Below are positions 20,263 to 31,114 of a DNA stretch of 64,000 nt, piece by piece. How positions within the stretch are numbered: position 1 is the first letter of the stretch; the number at the start of each line of letters is the position of its first letter. Origin of the DNA: Desulfobacterales bacterium (GTDB lineage: Bacteria; Desulfobacterota; Desulfobacteria; Desulfobacterales; UBA5852); NCBI GenBank assembly GCA_963674755.2, contig CAXXVS010000003.1, positions 1,088,001 to 1,152,000 of the forward strand. Reading direction: 5' to 3'. Made by a program: the position numbers and the translations under genes. The notes under the pieces were generated by a model that saw nothing but the letters and a program-made list of their open reading frames with translations, was not told the origin of the DNA and made no database searches.

Positions 20263-20817
20263 ATGATACGCATCAAACCTGTAGACCCATCCAAGGCTCA
20301 AGGAAAAACCCGTGAGCTTTTAGAGGCTGTAAAGAAACAAATGGGTACCGTACCCAATATCTTCAAGGGCTTTGCCCATTCACCAGCGGCCCTCGAGTCC
20401 TATCTCTCTCAGAACCAAGCATTGGCAGGCGGCGTTCTTGATCCGAAGCTGCGCGAGCAGATCGCGGTGGCCATGGCCGGCCTCAACCAATGCGACTACT
20501 GCGCCTCCGCGCACACCTTTCTGGGGAAGAAAGCGGGGGTGTCCGCAGCCGAGTTGGCTGACAATCTCGACGGCCGATCAGCAGACGAGAAGACCGACAC
20601 CGCCCTGCGATTTGTCACGGCCATTGTTGAAGCACGCGGCCAAGTCGATAACGATGACCTTCGACACGTCCGCGAAGCTGGTTTCAGCGAAGCCGAAATC
20701 GTGGAAATGATCGCGCATGTCGGTCTGAACCTGTTCACCAACTATTTCAACAACGTGGCGCATACCGAGGTGGACTTCCCGCGTGTGCAAACGGCACACC
20801 AAGCCTCGGCCGCATAG
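20263..20817 (+). CDS. AhpD/carboxymuconolactone decarboxylase family peroxidase-related protein
   Basis: REQIAVA..NQCDYCASAH CxxC-H motif, TNYFN..A.TEVDFP. Confidence 0.87.
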   Translation: MIRIKPVDPSKAQGKTRELLEAVKKQMGTVPNIFKGFAHSPAALESYLSQNQALAGGVLDPKLREQIAVAMAGLNQCDYCASAHTFLGKKAGVSAAELADNLDGRSADEKTDTALRFVTAIVEARGQVDNDDLRHVREAGFSEAEIVEMIAHVGLNLFTNYFNNVAHTEVDFPRVQTAHQASAA

Positions 20818-21649
20818 AGGGTGGTGAACATAAAATAGCGTAGATCGCTTCCCGACGTTCGATGCCAGGGGAGCACGACGCGCAAATGAATGAGGCCGGC
20901 CGGAAGTAACGGTTTGCCGGCCGGCCCATAAACTTAGGACAGGGTTGACAGAAACCAGAAACCTTAATTCCAACTGCCGTCGGCACCAAGGACTAGTGCG
21001 ACGACGAAAAGGGGGGATGGAAATGAGCGCAATTCGAATCAACCGCAAAGACGACAATCTTGAAATTATGGCGAAGCTGCTAAACAGTGTGCAACCAACT
21101 ATGACTGCCGCATAAAATACAATTCCAGTAGTCGAAAGGTGCGGTTTGTGGGTGAAGAGGTTTACAAACCTTTCGTGATTGAAGAAACGATAAGTCTGCT
21201 TAGGTTGAAGTGATAAGCGTCGGGCGGTATCCCGCCGACAAGGTTGGCCCCTCTGGTAAACGGGCGTTTGTCCCTATAGTTGCCCGCTTTAGCCTGGGAT
21301 GCATTGCGAGCGAGCCAAGGCGGTGCCGGCCACCAGCAAAAGCTACGGAGGTGGAACCGTTGCGCAGGATGATCCAAACCTTGTCGCCGACGGTTTCGGC
21401 GATTGGAAGAGGGAACATGCCACGGCCTTAGACTTCATCGTTTTTTCCAAGGCCGGCGAGCGCTTTTCCCGCAGATCGAGATGCGGGCGACGAGGTCCAG
21501 GCGAACGCTGCATGCCTGAAACAATGGCCAGACGGCCGGAGAAGAAGCGAAGCGAATCATTTCTCTACCGGCACAATCCATCGGTGCTCGGGTGAAATTG
21601 CCTGTGCTTGAGACAATCCAAAGAGAAAAAACCCTACAGGGAGGAAGAC

Positions 21650-23401
21650 ATGCGTCTGGTATCGGTAAACGTATCCATGCCTAAGACAGTGGAGCACCTG
21701 GGTCGCAAAGTGAGTACCGGGATCTTCAAAAAGCCGGTGAACGGCCGCGTTATGGTGCGCAGGCTCAATGTGGACGGCGATGGCCAGGCGGACCTGACCG
21801 TACACGGCGGTGTCTATAAAGCCGTCTATGCCTACGCGCTTGAAAACATAGGCTACTGGCGGCAGGTTCTTGATAGAGAGGATATCGGCTATGGGCACTT
21901 CGGGGAAAATTTTACGGTTGAGGGCATGCTGGATGATCAAATTCATATCGGCGATATCTTCCGGGTCGGAGGCGCAATGCTCCAAGTCACCCAACCCCGT
22001 GTGCCCTGTTTCAAGCTCGAGATAAAGATGGATTTACCCGGATTTTCAAGGCAATTTCTCACCAGTGGCCGTCTGGGATTTTGTTTTTTGGTTCTGGAGG
22101 AGGGGGAAGTCGGCGCCGGTGACACCTTTGAACTGGTTGATAGCAATCCTGAAAAAATCTCCGTGTGGGATTTCGCCCGCCTATATTTTTTCGACTATAA
22201 CAATCATGCAAAAATTCGCCGACTCATACGCATCCCCTCCGTTCCGCCTGACTGGGTCAGCGCTTTCAAGGAGATACTGGACTCGGACGGGGAAAAGGGA
22301 AAAAGACGCAAGCCGCAGCAAAGGGCATGGAAGGGATTTCGGCCCTTTATCGTCGATAAGAAGGTTCCGGAAAGCCAGACGATCACCTCCTTTTACCTTG
22401 TTCCTGAAGATGGGCAGCCGCTGCCGGTCTACATGCCCGGCCAGTTTCTTACGTTTCGTTTGCCTATTCCTGACAGGCCCAAACCGGTCATCCGCACCTA
22501 TTCGTTATCGGAATGCCCCTGCCATGCCGAATATTACCGGGTCACCATTAAGAGAGAACCTTCGAGCCAGAGTTCGGATGTCATTTCCGGTTCTAACTTT
22601 TTCCATGATATCGTTGAACCTGGCAATCGTCTGCAAGTGGCGGCCCCTCGTGGCGATTTCTTCCTCGATCCTCAGGATGAAACCCCGGTTGTTCTGCTCA
22701 GCGGTGGCGTGGGCCTGACGCCGATGATCAGTATGCTCAATGCTATTGCAGGTTCCGGGAAAAAGAGGCCGGCCTGGTTTGTCCACGGCACACGCAACGG
22801 CATCCACCATGCCATGTGCAAACATATGCGGCAGGCCGCCGCCGAAAACGACAACATCAGCGTACACATCCGCTACAGTCAACCTCGGCCGGAAGACATC
22901 GAGGGGCGCGAGTATGACAGCATCGGCCACGTGGACCTGGACCTGTTAAAATCCCTTCTGCCCGGAAAGGACATGGACTTCTATCTTTGCGGGCCACCGC
23001 CCTTTATGAATGGCTTGCTCAAGGCGCTGTGGAATTGGGGCATACCGGAATCACGCATCCGCTTCGAGCTATTCGGCCCTGCCGCCCTTCTGCAGGAGGG
23101 TACCAGCGCCAGACGCCGCAAAAAGGAAATCGCCGCAGAGGAAAAAGCCTATGCGATCCGCTTTTCTGAGTCGGGCATTACCGCCCAATGGGACCCGGAG
23201 TATGAAAATCTGCTTGAATTTGCCGAAGACCATGGGGTGTTTCCGGAGTTTAGCTGCCGCTCCGGGATCTGTCACTCTTGCCAATACAAGATTTTGAAAG
23301 GTGAAGCCGGTTATAGTTTCGAGCCCCTGGATCCGCCTGATTCCAGCCAGGTGCTCCTTTGCTGCGCACGTCCAAGATCCGATATGGAAATCGATGCTTA
23401 A
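21650..23401 (+). CDS. MOSC (YiiM-like) + FAD/NAD-binding reductase + [2Fe-2S] fusion protein
   Basis: DGQADLTVHGG, GHFGEN, QPRVPCFKL; RTYSLS, GGVGLTP, YLCGPP; CRSGICHSC...LLCC. Confidence 0.88.
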   Translation: MRLVSVNVSMPKTVEHLGRKVSTGIFKKPVNGRVMVRRLNVDGDGQADLTVHGGVYKAVYAYALENIGYWRQVLDREDIGYGHFGENFTVEGMLDDQIHIGDIFRVGGAMLQVTQPRVPCFKLEIKMDLPGFSRQFLTSGRLGFCFLVLEEGEVGAGDTFELVDSNPEKISVWDFARLYFFDYNNHAKIRRLIRIPSVPPDWVSAFKEILDSDGEKGKRRKPQQRAWKGFRPFIVDKKVPESQTITSFYLVPEDGQPLPVYMPGQFLTFRLPIPDRPKPVIRTYSLSECPCHAEYYRVTIKREPSSQSSDVISGSNFFHDIVEPGNRLQVAAPRGDFFLDPQDETPVVLLSGGVGLTPMISMLNAIAGSGKKRPAWFVHGTRNGIHHAMCKHMRQAAAENDNISVHIRYSQPRPEDIEGREYDSIGHVDLDLLKSLLPGKDMDFYLCGPPPFMNGLLKALWNWGIPESRIRFELFGPAALLQEGTSARRRKKEIAAEEKAYAIRFSESGITAQWDPEYENLLEFAEDHGVFPEFSCRSGICHSCQYKILKGEAGYSFEPLDPPDSSQVLLCCARPRSDMEIDA

Positions 23402-23750
23402 CGCCCAAAGCTGCGGCTATCTATTGGGTGACCTTGTCTGTTCGACCGATTCCGTTGGACACGCGATGGGCGGCCGTCCCCATCGACTGCATCAATCCCT
23501 GCCTCGCAATAGAACTATTTTGAGCGCATTGGTCGTTTTCACCGCTCGGGCCGTATCGCGCCGTCGGCATTGCTGCCGGCCGAACGAAGCTTGGCAAGCG
23601 CCACGCATTTTTTATGGCCTTCCGTGTCGAGTGCAAAAGGGCTCTCGCAATAGGGGTTTGCCTCTAACGTCCTGGGCCGCCGTTGCTCCTCGTGGCGGCC
23701 GCCTATCCTTGCAGCATTTTGCTTCCGGCTCCTGACGGGGAGATTTTCTT

Positions 23751-23968
23751 TATCGCCTTAAGACAGCGAAATTCCGCGATTTTACCACAAGATTTCGTTT
23801 TCATCGAATTTTCGTTGTTTTCGCCCTATCCCAAATACGCATGTAAATCGTGTAATAACAAGCTCTTAAGCCTTTAAGGCGCTATTGGCATGCTCCTTGT
23901 AAAACCAAGGACCAACCGCAACGCAACAAGGCGCGGACCAGTTACAAACCTCAAGTACTTCACTTAAA
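23751..23968 (+). promoter_or_regulatory. Sigma-54 promoter with three activator sites (copy 2 of the 218-bp duplication)
   Basis: Near-identical to 12815-13032; TGGCATGCTCCTTGT at 23886-23900. Confidence 0.75.
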
Positions 23969-23986
23969 ACAACACGGGAGGCAGAC

Positions 23987-24427
23987 ATGAAACCTTACGT
24001 CATCGTGCGGTCAATGCCGAATGAACGATTCGCCCAAACCATAGATGCCGGGAAGCACCGGCTCATCGCCGACAAGCAGCTGTCCTTCGGTGGTGCGGAC
24101 CGCGGTCCGGGCCCCTACGGGTTCCTGCTGGCGGCCCTGGGGGCCTGAATGTCGATTACGCTCCGCATGTATGCGGAAAGGAAAGGCTGGGCCCTGCAGG
24201 ATGTCGAAGTGCAGTTGAGCCACGCACGGATCTATGCCAAGGATTGCGAAGACTGCGAAACAAAGGACGTGATGCTCGACGAGATCCGGAGCCGGATCCG
24301 CCTGGAAGGCGATCTCGACGAGAGCCAGCGCAAGCGGCTCCTGCAGATTGCCAGGCGCTGCCCGGTTCATCGGACCCTTACGTCGGAAGTAAGCGTCCGC
24401 TCGGAGCTGATAGAAAGCGCAAGTTAA
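23987..24427 (+). CDS. OsmC/YhfA family protein, probable selenoprotein (in-frame TGA at the catalytic Cys position)
   Basis: ATG 23987 with GGGAGG RBS reads ...GPGPYGFLLAALGA-TGA(24146-24148)-MSITLRMYA...RCPVHRTL in one frame; SECIS-like hairpin TCCGCA-TGTA-TGCGGA follows. Confidence 0.8.
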
Positions 24428-24766
24428 GGTCCGGTGAAAAATCGCGTCATTCCTATCGGCATCAAATAGCTGGACCATGCTGCATCGGGCCAGGTTGCGG
24501 CTGCGTCAATCCATGGAATTATTGGGTTTCAGCTGAGAGGCATGGGGTGACTGTTCAAGGGCGGTGATCAATGACGCCAATGCGTACCGCAGGAATTCAA
24601 AATCGCTTGCGTTTCATTATTCGGGAAGTCATTGTCACCAGGGCCGCGCCATCGAAGCAGCGTTTTATTTGTCGGCGGTAATCAAGCCGTGGTATTTAAC
24701 CACCGTTTTTCTCGGGTGTATATTGAAATGGCCGTTTCCATACGACGCTATAGGGATTGCAGCTAA

Positions 24767-26737
24767 ATGGGAATCGCAACCGACATAATTCTCCTCGTTG
24801 TAACGGCATTTTTCTGTGGTTTGCTGATGCAGCGGCTTGGTCAGCCCCTCATCCTGGGTTATATTGCGGCAGGGGTTATCCTCGGGCCCCATACGGGGGG
24901 CCTCACGGTTTCGGGCATTCACGAGATAGAACTTCTTGCCGAGATCGGTATTGCCCTCCTGTTGTTTGCGCTCGGCCTCGAATTCTCTCTCAAGGACCTT
25001 AAGCCGGTCAAAATGATTGCGTTGGTGGGGACCCCGATTCAAATGGCCCTCACCGTGGGGTTGGGGTTTGGTATCGGCCATCTCATGGGGCTGGATTGGA
25101 AGCTCTCCCTCTGGCTCGGCGCCCTGATCTCGCTTTCAAGCACAATGGTGATCTTAAAAACGTTGATGAATCAGGGCTGGCTGGGGACCCTGTCCAGCAA
25201 AGTGATGATCGGGATGCTGATCGTCCAGGATTTAGCCGTCATCCCGATGATGATTATCCTTCCCCAGTTGAGCAATCCGGTGGGCGGGTTGCCGGTGCTC
25301 GGCTTTGCCGCCCTCAAGGCCGCGGGGTTCATCGCGGGAATGATTTTACTGGGAACCCGCTTGCTCCCACGGCTGATGTCCCACATTGCCAAGCTTGGTT
25401 CCAGGGAGCTTTTTCTGTTGGCGATTACCGCCATCGGGCTCGGGGTGGGATATATTACCCACCTGGCGGGTCTGAGCTTTGCCTTTGGTGCGTTCGTGGC
25501 CGGAATGGTCTTGAGCGAATCGGATTTTGGCCACCAGGCGCTTAGCGATATTGTTCCGTTGCGCGACATTTTTGGTCTGCTGTTTTTTTCTTCGGTAGGG
25601 ATGCTTTTCGACCCGGCCTTCTTAATCCGCCATTTTCAAGAAACCATGTTGCTCGTCGCAACCGTATGCATTGGCAAAGGGCTTATTTTTGCCGTAGTAT
25701 CACGGCTTTTTAATTACCGAAACGTCATCCCGCTGGCGGTTGGATTGGGCCTTTTCCAAATTGGTGAGTTCTCGTTTGTTTTAGCCCGGGTAGGGCTGTC
25801 ATCCGGTTCCATCGATAACGATTTTTACACCCTGGTTTTAACCGCAACGATCGTATCCATGGTGCTTACGCCGCTGATTTCCGGCCAAACGGCAAGAATT
25901 TATGCGCTCAAGAAACGTTGGTTCCGCCATGAACGCCTGGAATGCTGCAATATGCCCGATCACGGCTACCAAGGGCATGTCATTGTTGTGGGGGGCGGAC
26001 GCGTAGGCTTCCAGATCGCACAGATTCTGAAACGCCTGAATATAAAATTTATTATCATCGAGCTTGACCATAGACGGTTCGAACAGGCCAAGGACGCCGG
26101 CATGTCCGCAGTCTACGGCGATGCCAGCCAGGAAATCGTTCTGGAAGCTTCGGGCATCAAGGACGCGACGCTGCTCATTCTGACGTTGCCCGACCTCGTG
26201 ACGACCCGGTCCACCATTGTTAACGCCAAGCGCCTGAACGGGCAGCTTGCGATCGTAGCGCGCGCATCCGGACCGGATTTTTTTAGCGAGATGAAAGATC
26301 TGGGGGTTTCAGAGGTCGTTCTTCCCGCGTTTGAAGCGAGCCTGGAGATGACGCGCCAGTCGCTTCTCCATTTAAACGTCCCGCCAACTGAGGTTCAGCG
26401 GCACACGGATGCCCTGCGCCAGGAACTATACGCCGCTTTATTCAATTCGAATGACAGCTATCGTGTGCTTTCCCAGCTCAGGGGGGCTGAGCAGCAATTT
26501 GATCTGCAATGGATTCGATTGTCGCCAATAAGTCCGATGGCCAATCGATCCATAGGGGAGAGCGAAATACGCAAAACCACCGGTGCTTCTATCGTCGGCG
26601 TTGTTCGTGATGGACACCTGAAACCCAATCCCGATGCAAACTTTGTGTTGATGCCTGAAGATTTGATCGCGATCATTGGGGGGGATGGAAATCGAGAAGC
26701 TTTTTGTCTTGTGGCGGCCCCTGTGTTACGGGCGTAG
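24767..26737 (+). CDS. CPA2 cation:proton antiporter (KefC-like) with TrkA-N and TrkA-C domains
   Basis: [43 protein letters not shown]. Confidence 0.9.
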   Translation: MGIATDIILLVVTAFFCGLLMQRLGQPLILGYIAAGVILGPHTGGLTVSGIHEIELLAEIGIALLLFALGLEFSLKDLKPVKMIALVGTPIQMALTVGLGFGIGHLMGLDWKLSLWLGALISLSSTMVILKTLMNQGWLGTLSSKVMIGMLIVQDLAVIPMMIILPQLSNPVGGLPVLGFAALKAAGFIAGMILLGTRLLPRLMSHIAKLGSRELFLLAITAIGLGVGYITHLAGLSFAFGAFVAGMVLSESDFGHQALSDIVPLRDIFGLLFFSSVGMLFDPAFLIRHFQETMLLVATVCIGKGLIFAVVSRLFNYRNVIPLAVGLGLFQIGEFSFVLARVGLSSGSIDNDFYTLVLTATIVSMVLTPLISGQTARIYALKKRWFRHERLECCNMPDHGYQGHVIVVGGGRVGFQIAQILKRLNIKFIIIELDHRRFEQAKDAGMSAVYGDASQEIVLEASGIKDATLLILTLPDLVTTRSTIVNAKRLNGQLAIVARASGPDFFSEMKDLGVSEVVLPAFEASLEMTRQSLLHLNVPPTEVQRHTDALRQELYAALFNSNDSYRVLSQLRGAEQQFDLQWIRLSPISPMANRSIGESEIRKTTGASIVGVVRDGHLKPNPDANFVLMPEDLIAIIGGDGNREAFCLVAAPVLRA

Positions 26738-26767
26738 CGTCTATCAAATCGTCTGTCTGGCAATTTT

Positions 26768-27331
26768 TTATTTCTCCGTAATGATTTCAACATCGCCTAT
26801 CAACTTTCCTAATTTCATCATCCCGCGAGACATGCCCACATTGAATCCAAAGAGCGTCGTCTGAATCAATTCGGTTATATAACCGAACTGGTCAATCGTA
26901 TCAAAATAGGCAAACCGGGTAATGGCCTTCCCTTTGGTTTCCAGGGTGCCCTGTTGAATGAGCTGGAGTCCAGCCTTTTTAAAGCTTTCGATACGGTTGG
27001 AAATTTTGGAAACGACAAATCCGATGTGGTGGATCCCATGGCCATGGGTGTTGAGCAAATCCGTATAGATATTGGTATCACCACGGATGACGTGAATCAG
27101 TTCAAACTGAAGGCTTCCGCTGTAGCCCACGGCAATGTCCAGTTCAAGGTCGATGGGCTTGCCGCCGTAGTGAATATCGCTCCGGACGATTTTGGCGCGG
27201 TACCAGGGGCGGATGTTCAGCATGGGAGAATAATAGCCAATCGCCTGGTGGATATCTTTGACGACGATGCCCAACTGTCCCATGGCCGGCAAATCCAATT
27301 GCTTGATGGTCGAAGTATCGATTTTTTTCAT
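26768..27331 (-). CDS. VOC family protein (methylmalonyl-CoA epimerase/glyoxalase-like)
   Basis: QLGIVVKD, QFELI, GIHHIGF, AYFDT...ELI; start trimmed to ATG 27331. Confidence 0.78.
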   Translation of the reverse strand: MKKIDTSTIKQLDLPAMGQLGIVVKDIHQAIGYYSPMLNIRPWYRAKIVRSDIHYGGKPIDLELDIAVGYSGSLQFELIHVIRGDTNIYTDLLNTHGHGIHHIGFVVSKISNRIESFKKAGLQLIQQGTLETKGKAITRFAYFDTIDQFGYITELIQTTLFGFNVGMSRGMMKLGKLIGDVEIITEK

Positions 27332-27482
27332 GAATAGGCCGCCACCAGATTCTCGGCCATGATTTTGGTGTCGCAGTAGATGAGGACTTTCATATTGAAT
27401 CCTGTCTTCAACATCCTGTTGGTTTGCAGAGTAAAGACTGGAACGCATCCGTTAGCGTGCTGAATCCCGGCTTGTTTTTCGA

Positions 27483-29153
27483 TCAGAAGTCGGAAAGGTT
27501 CTGATAGAACATGGCCGTGGCCGGGCTGCTGACCGTGGGATCGGTGACGACATTCACACAGGCCGGCTTACCGGATGCCATCGCCCGTTTGATGGCCGGG
27601 TTGATATCTTCGTCTTTTGTGACAAGCTCACCGTAGCCTCCCAAGCCCTCCACCACTTTTTCGTAGTGCCGCATCCCCAGTTCCGCGCAGGTGCAGCGGT
27701 CGCATCCAAGGCTCATTTCCTGGGAGTGTTTGATCATGCCCCAGGCACAGTCATTGTTGATAACACAGACGACCGGGATGTTGTGGCGCACCATGGTGTC
27801 GAATTCCATGGCGTTGAAACCGAAAGAGCCGTCGCCGTGCAGCAGGATAACAGGTTTGTCCGGGTGCGCCAGCTTGGCGGCCATGGCAAAAGGGATGCCG
27901 GTCCCCAGGCAGCCCAGGAGGGCCCCCGCCGGCGTCAAAACACCGGCCTTGTGGTCGGAGAGGAACCCGGCCATGCTGTAATAGCTGGTGTCACCACCAT
28001 CGGATACATAGTAGGCATCCGTGCCAAATTCTTCCATGATTCGTGCGACCAAGCGGAACGGATGGATGGGATCGGATGCGGTGTTCTTCTGCTCAATCTC
28101 GGTGGTCATAAACGCCTTGTAGGCCTTTTTGACTTTGCCCACCCAATCGTCATGACGGGTTGCATTGACCAGGGGGACCAGGGCGTCGAACACCTGGCCG
28201 CAATCCCCGGCCAGGCCTACATCGGAAGTCCTGTTTCGGTCGATTTCATTGGGGTCGATATCGATGCGGACGACTTTGGCATCCGGGAAGAGTTTGGTGG
28301 CCTGCATAACCCAGTTGAACCGGATACCCGCCGCAATGATGACATCCGCCTGGGGTGCTACTGCCGACACAGCCGTAAAAGCGCCATCGTTGATCGACAA
28401 GGGATGGGTGTCCGGCAGAACACCGCGGCCGTTATTGAGCAGGGCAAAGGGAAAACCGATTTTTTCAATAAAGTGCTTAAAACTCTGATCACTGCCACTC
28501 ATGCCGATGCCGCTGCCACCGATAAACAGGGGCTTCCGGGCGCTGTTGATAAGCGTGGCGGCTTCTTCCAACTCGGCGTCGTGGGGACGGGTGACGGTTC
28601 GGTGGCTTTTTTTGGCGGGGAAATGGACCTCTTTTTCATCCATGGACACGAAAAGGATATCCGGCGGGAGCTCCAGAAAGACCGGTCCGGGTTTTCCTTG
28701 GGTGGCCTGCCGAAAAGCCATCGCCAGATATTCGGGGATCCGTTTAATATCGTAGCAGGTGGCGGACCACTTGGTGATTGGTTTCACCATGTCGATCTGG
28801 TTCATCTCCTGCAATGCGCCCTTTAAATCATCGCGCAGGGGGTGCCGGCCGCAGAGGACGACTAGGGGGGCATTGTCCAGAAAGGCGTTGGCAATACCGG
28901 TGAGGGCGTTGGTAAACCCCGGGCCGGCCGTGACCAGGCATACGCCGGGCTTGTTTTTATAGATCGACCAGGCATGAGCCATCATGGCGGCAGCCTGTTC
29001 GTGCCGGACGTCGATGGTTTTGATATCGTAGGTGTTCAGTCCGTCCAGAAGATTTTCGATGTGGCCGCCCGAAAGGGTGAAGATCATTTCCACTTGTTCC
29101 ACATCCTTCATGTATCTGGCCGCGATGTGTCCACCGTATATCTGTGTCATCAT
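27483..29153 (-). CDS. Thiamine pyrophosphate-binding enzyme (acetolactate synthase/2-hydroxyacyl-CoA lyase-like)
   Basis: LSGGHI, VRHEQAA, TAGPGFTN, GDGSFGF...NN TPP motif. Confidence 0.88.
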   Translation of the reverse strand: MMTQIYGGHIAARYMKDVEQVEMIFTLSGGHIENLLDGLNTYDIKTIDVRHEQAAAMMAHAWSIYKNKPGVCLVTAGPGFTNALTGIANAFLDNAPLVVLCGRHPLRDDLKGALQEMNQIDMVKPITKWSATCYDIKRIPEYLAMAFRQATQGKPGPVFLELPPDILFVSMDEKEVHFPAKKSHRTVTRPHDAELEEAATLINSARKPLFIGGSGIGMSGSDQSFKHFIEKIGFPFALLNNGRGVLPDTHPLSINDGAFTAVSAVAPQADVIIAAGIRFNWVMQATKLFPDAKVVRIDIDPNEIDRNRTSDVGLAGDCGQVFDALVPLVNATRHDDWVGKVKKAYKAFMTTEIEQKNTASDPIHPFRLVARIMEEFGTDAYYVSDGGDTSYYSMAGFLSDHKAGVLTPAGALLGCLGTGIPFAMAAKLAHPDKPVILLHGDGSFGFNAMEFDTMVRHNIPVVCVINNDCAWGMIKHSQEMSLGCDRCTCAELGMRHYEKVVEGLGGYGELVTKDEDINPAIKRAMASGKPACVNVVTDPTVSSPATAMFYQNLSDF

Positions 29154-29206
29154 GTTCTCCTCGAGTCTTGAAAGTTTTGTTTCAATTTGATGGCCGCCCG
29201 ATCGAT

Positions 29207-29566
29207 TCACGACATAATAATTTTAGTACCATCCTCGAACCACTGGGCAAAAAAGCTCATGCCGGCGACTTTGAGTTTCCCCTCGGCGGCGGCATTGAAG
29301 GACGCATCTTTCTTTTTGCTGGTCAGGACCGAAAATCCGGTGGCGGCATCTCTGAAGATCAGTGCCACATCGAAGATTTCCTGATTTCCCGCCATCGAGG
29401 AAACCTTGCCCTTGTTGAAGACGAAAAGCCTCGCTCGCCGGTTGTCCCTGGTCTTGATCAGAACACGTGCATCGGTGTTGCGGATGTAATGCTTAAATGG
29501 CTTGGAGGTAATTGAGGCAACTTTCAAAATTTGCCCCAGGGCGAAAAGAAGTAACGTAAATCGCAT
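29207..29566 (-). CDS. Small hypothetical protein, possibly SCP2-like fold
   Basis: CAGGAG RBS, in operon between the ADH and the TPP enzyme; C-terminal GKLKVAG resembles SCP2 domains. Confidence 0.55.
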   Translation of the reverse strand: MRFTLLLFALGQILKVASITSKPFKHYIRNTDARVLIKTRDNRRARLFVFNKGKVSSMAGNQEIFDVALIFRDAATGFSVLTSKKKDASFNAAAEGKLKVAGMSFFAQWFEDGTKIIMS

Positions 29567-29600
29567 GAATATCTCCTGTCGTCTTTTTATGGGCTCCCGG

Positions 29601-30821
29601 CTACACAAACGATACCAGTGTTTTTACCGCTTTGTGTTTTTCCTTGTTCATGTTGACCTCGATCATGTCCAGGTAATCTTCCAATTTGAACTTATGGGTC
29701 ACCAGGGCTTCGGCATCGATCCGGCCCGCCGTCATAAACTCCAGCGCGACGTCGAACACATGGCGTTCTTTCCCCTCATAGGTCACCAAGCCATAGCCGT
29801 ACACGCCCTTTACGGTCTGGAGTTTCAACCACAGTGGCGTCAGATCTATTTTGACTTCCTTGCCGATGCCCACCACGCTCAGGGTGCCGAAGGCTGCCAG
29901 CAGCCGCAAACTCATATTCAGGGTAAATGAGTTACCCACCGTGTCGTAGATTCGGTTGAAACCACCCATGAGGATATCGCTTCCCAACAGGGGTTTGTAG
30001 ATGGTGGCGCCGGTGACGTCGGACGACTGTTTAAAAACCTGTTTCCAGGCAATGATTTCGCCTGCGCCCATTTTGATGGCCAGATCGGCGGCATAGGGGG
30101 AGGGCTCGATCACGGATATGTGACATTCCGGCGACAAGGCACGTAAAGACTGGATGACCAGATTGCCGATGACGCCGCCTCCGATGACAAGGGCCTTGTC
30201 CCCGGGCGTCGGGAGATTGTCGAACACGGTCTGCAGGGCCACGGCAAGTGGCTCGGTCATGGCGGCGGATTCCAGGGAAAGTCCATCGGGTATTTTAAAC
30301 AGCTGGCTCTGGTGGGCCACCATGAACGGCGCAAATCCGCCGTTGATCGAACTGTTGATACCGGTGAACATGCCCGGCTGAAGATTTCCCCGCGCAAAGT
30401 TCTCGCAGTTGGAAGGTCGACCGGCCCTGCAGCTGGGACACTTCGCCGCAATGCTCCGGGTTTCGCAACCTAGCCCCGGATTGACGGCGACGATGTCGCC
30501 AACCTTGAGTCCGTCGACCCTCTCGCCCGTATCGATGATTTTGCCGACGATTTCGTGGCCGGTAACGCACGGAAAGGATGTAAATGGTGAGGCTGTCGGG
30601 GAGTCGTGCAGGAGCATAAGATTGAGATCGCTCCCGCAGAAACCGCAATAGATGGTTTGGATTTTGACCCATTCTTGCGCTGGAAGCTGCGGCTCGGGGA
30701 TATCTACCAGTTTCGTCGTTTTCACCGGCCCCTTGAAAAACACCCTGTTGCCCAGAAAGGGTTTAAGGCTTTTGGCCGCAATGAACTTGGGCGTGTTGAC
30801 GCTGAATTGCAATGCTCTCAT
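29601..30821 (-). CDS. Zinc-dependent alcohol dehydrogenase (MDR family)
   Basis: CGSD, GHE, structural Zn cysteines, IGGGVIG; GGAGG RBS before ATG 30821. Confidence 0.88.
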   Translation of the reverse strand: MRALQFSVNTPKFIAAKSLKPFLGNRVFFKGPVKTTKLVDIPEPQLPAQEWVKIQTIYCGFCGSDLNLMLLHDSPTASPFTSFPCVTGHEIVGKIIDTGERVDGLKVGDIVAVNPGLGCETRSIAAKCPSCRAGRPSNCENFARGNLQPGMFTGINSSINGGFAPFMVAHQSQLFKIPDGLSLESAAMTEPLAVALQTVFDNLPTPGDKALVIGGGVIGNLVIQSLRALSPECHISVIEPSPYAADLAIKMGAGEIIAWKQVFKQSSDVTGATIYKPLLGSDILMGGFNRIYDTVGNSFTLNMSLRLLAAFGTLSVVGIGKEVKIDLTPLWLKLQTVKGVYGYGLVTYEGKERHVFDVALEFMTAGRIDAEALVTHKFKLEDYLDMIEVNMNKEKHKAVKTLVSFV

Positions 30822-30956
30822 ATGGCCTCCACAAGACGAGCAGCGGTTCCTCCCGGTGCCGATTGAGTCCCTGGTATGCGAGTCGCCGATCACAACTGGC
30901 GCTTTGCGGGCCAGAGATCCTTCAAGGTATGGGTAGCGATTACAGAAGGCATAATA

Positions 30957-31038
30957 CGAATAAATATTCATATTTGTAAAGAAAAATATTTATTAAAAAT
31001 TTAATATTATAAGTAAATAAGTCGAATAATTATTCATA
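30957..31038. promoter_or_regulatory. Two putative TetR operators
   Basis: CGAATAAATATTCATA (30957-30972) and CGAATAATTATTCATA (31023-31038), quasi-palindromic, in the divergent spacer. Confidence 0.6.
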
Positions 31039-31114
31039 AAAAATAATTCTCCTTGAAACCATTGATCAAGTGTGTAAGATTTTCTTGGTTTGATAATAAT
31101 AATGCGGAGACGAT

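Noticed and set aside
20820..21640. Short ORFs, including a 30-aa ORF near 21023, between ahpD and the MOSC gene
   Set aside because: No recognisable motif; cannot be supported from sequence alone
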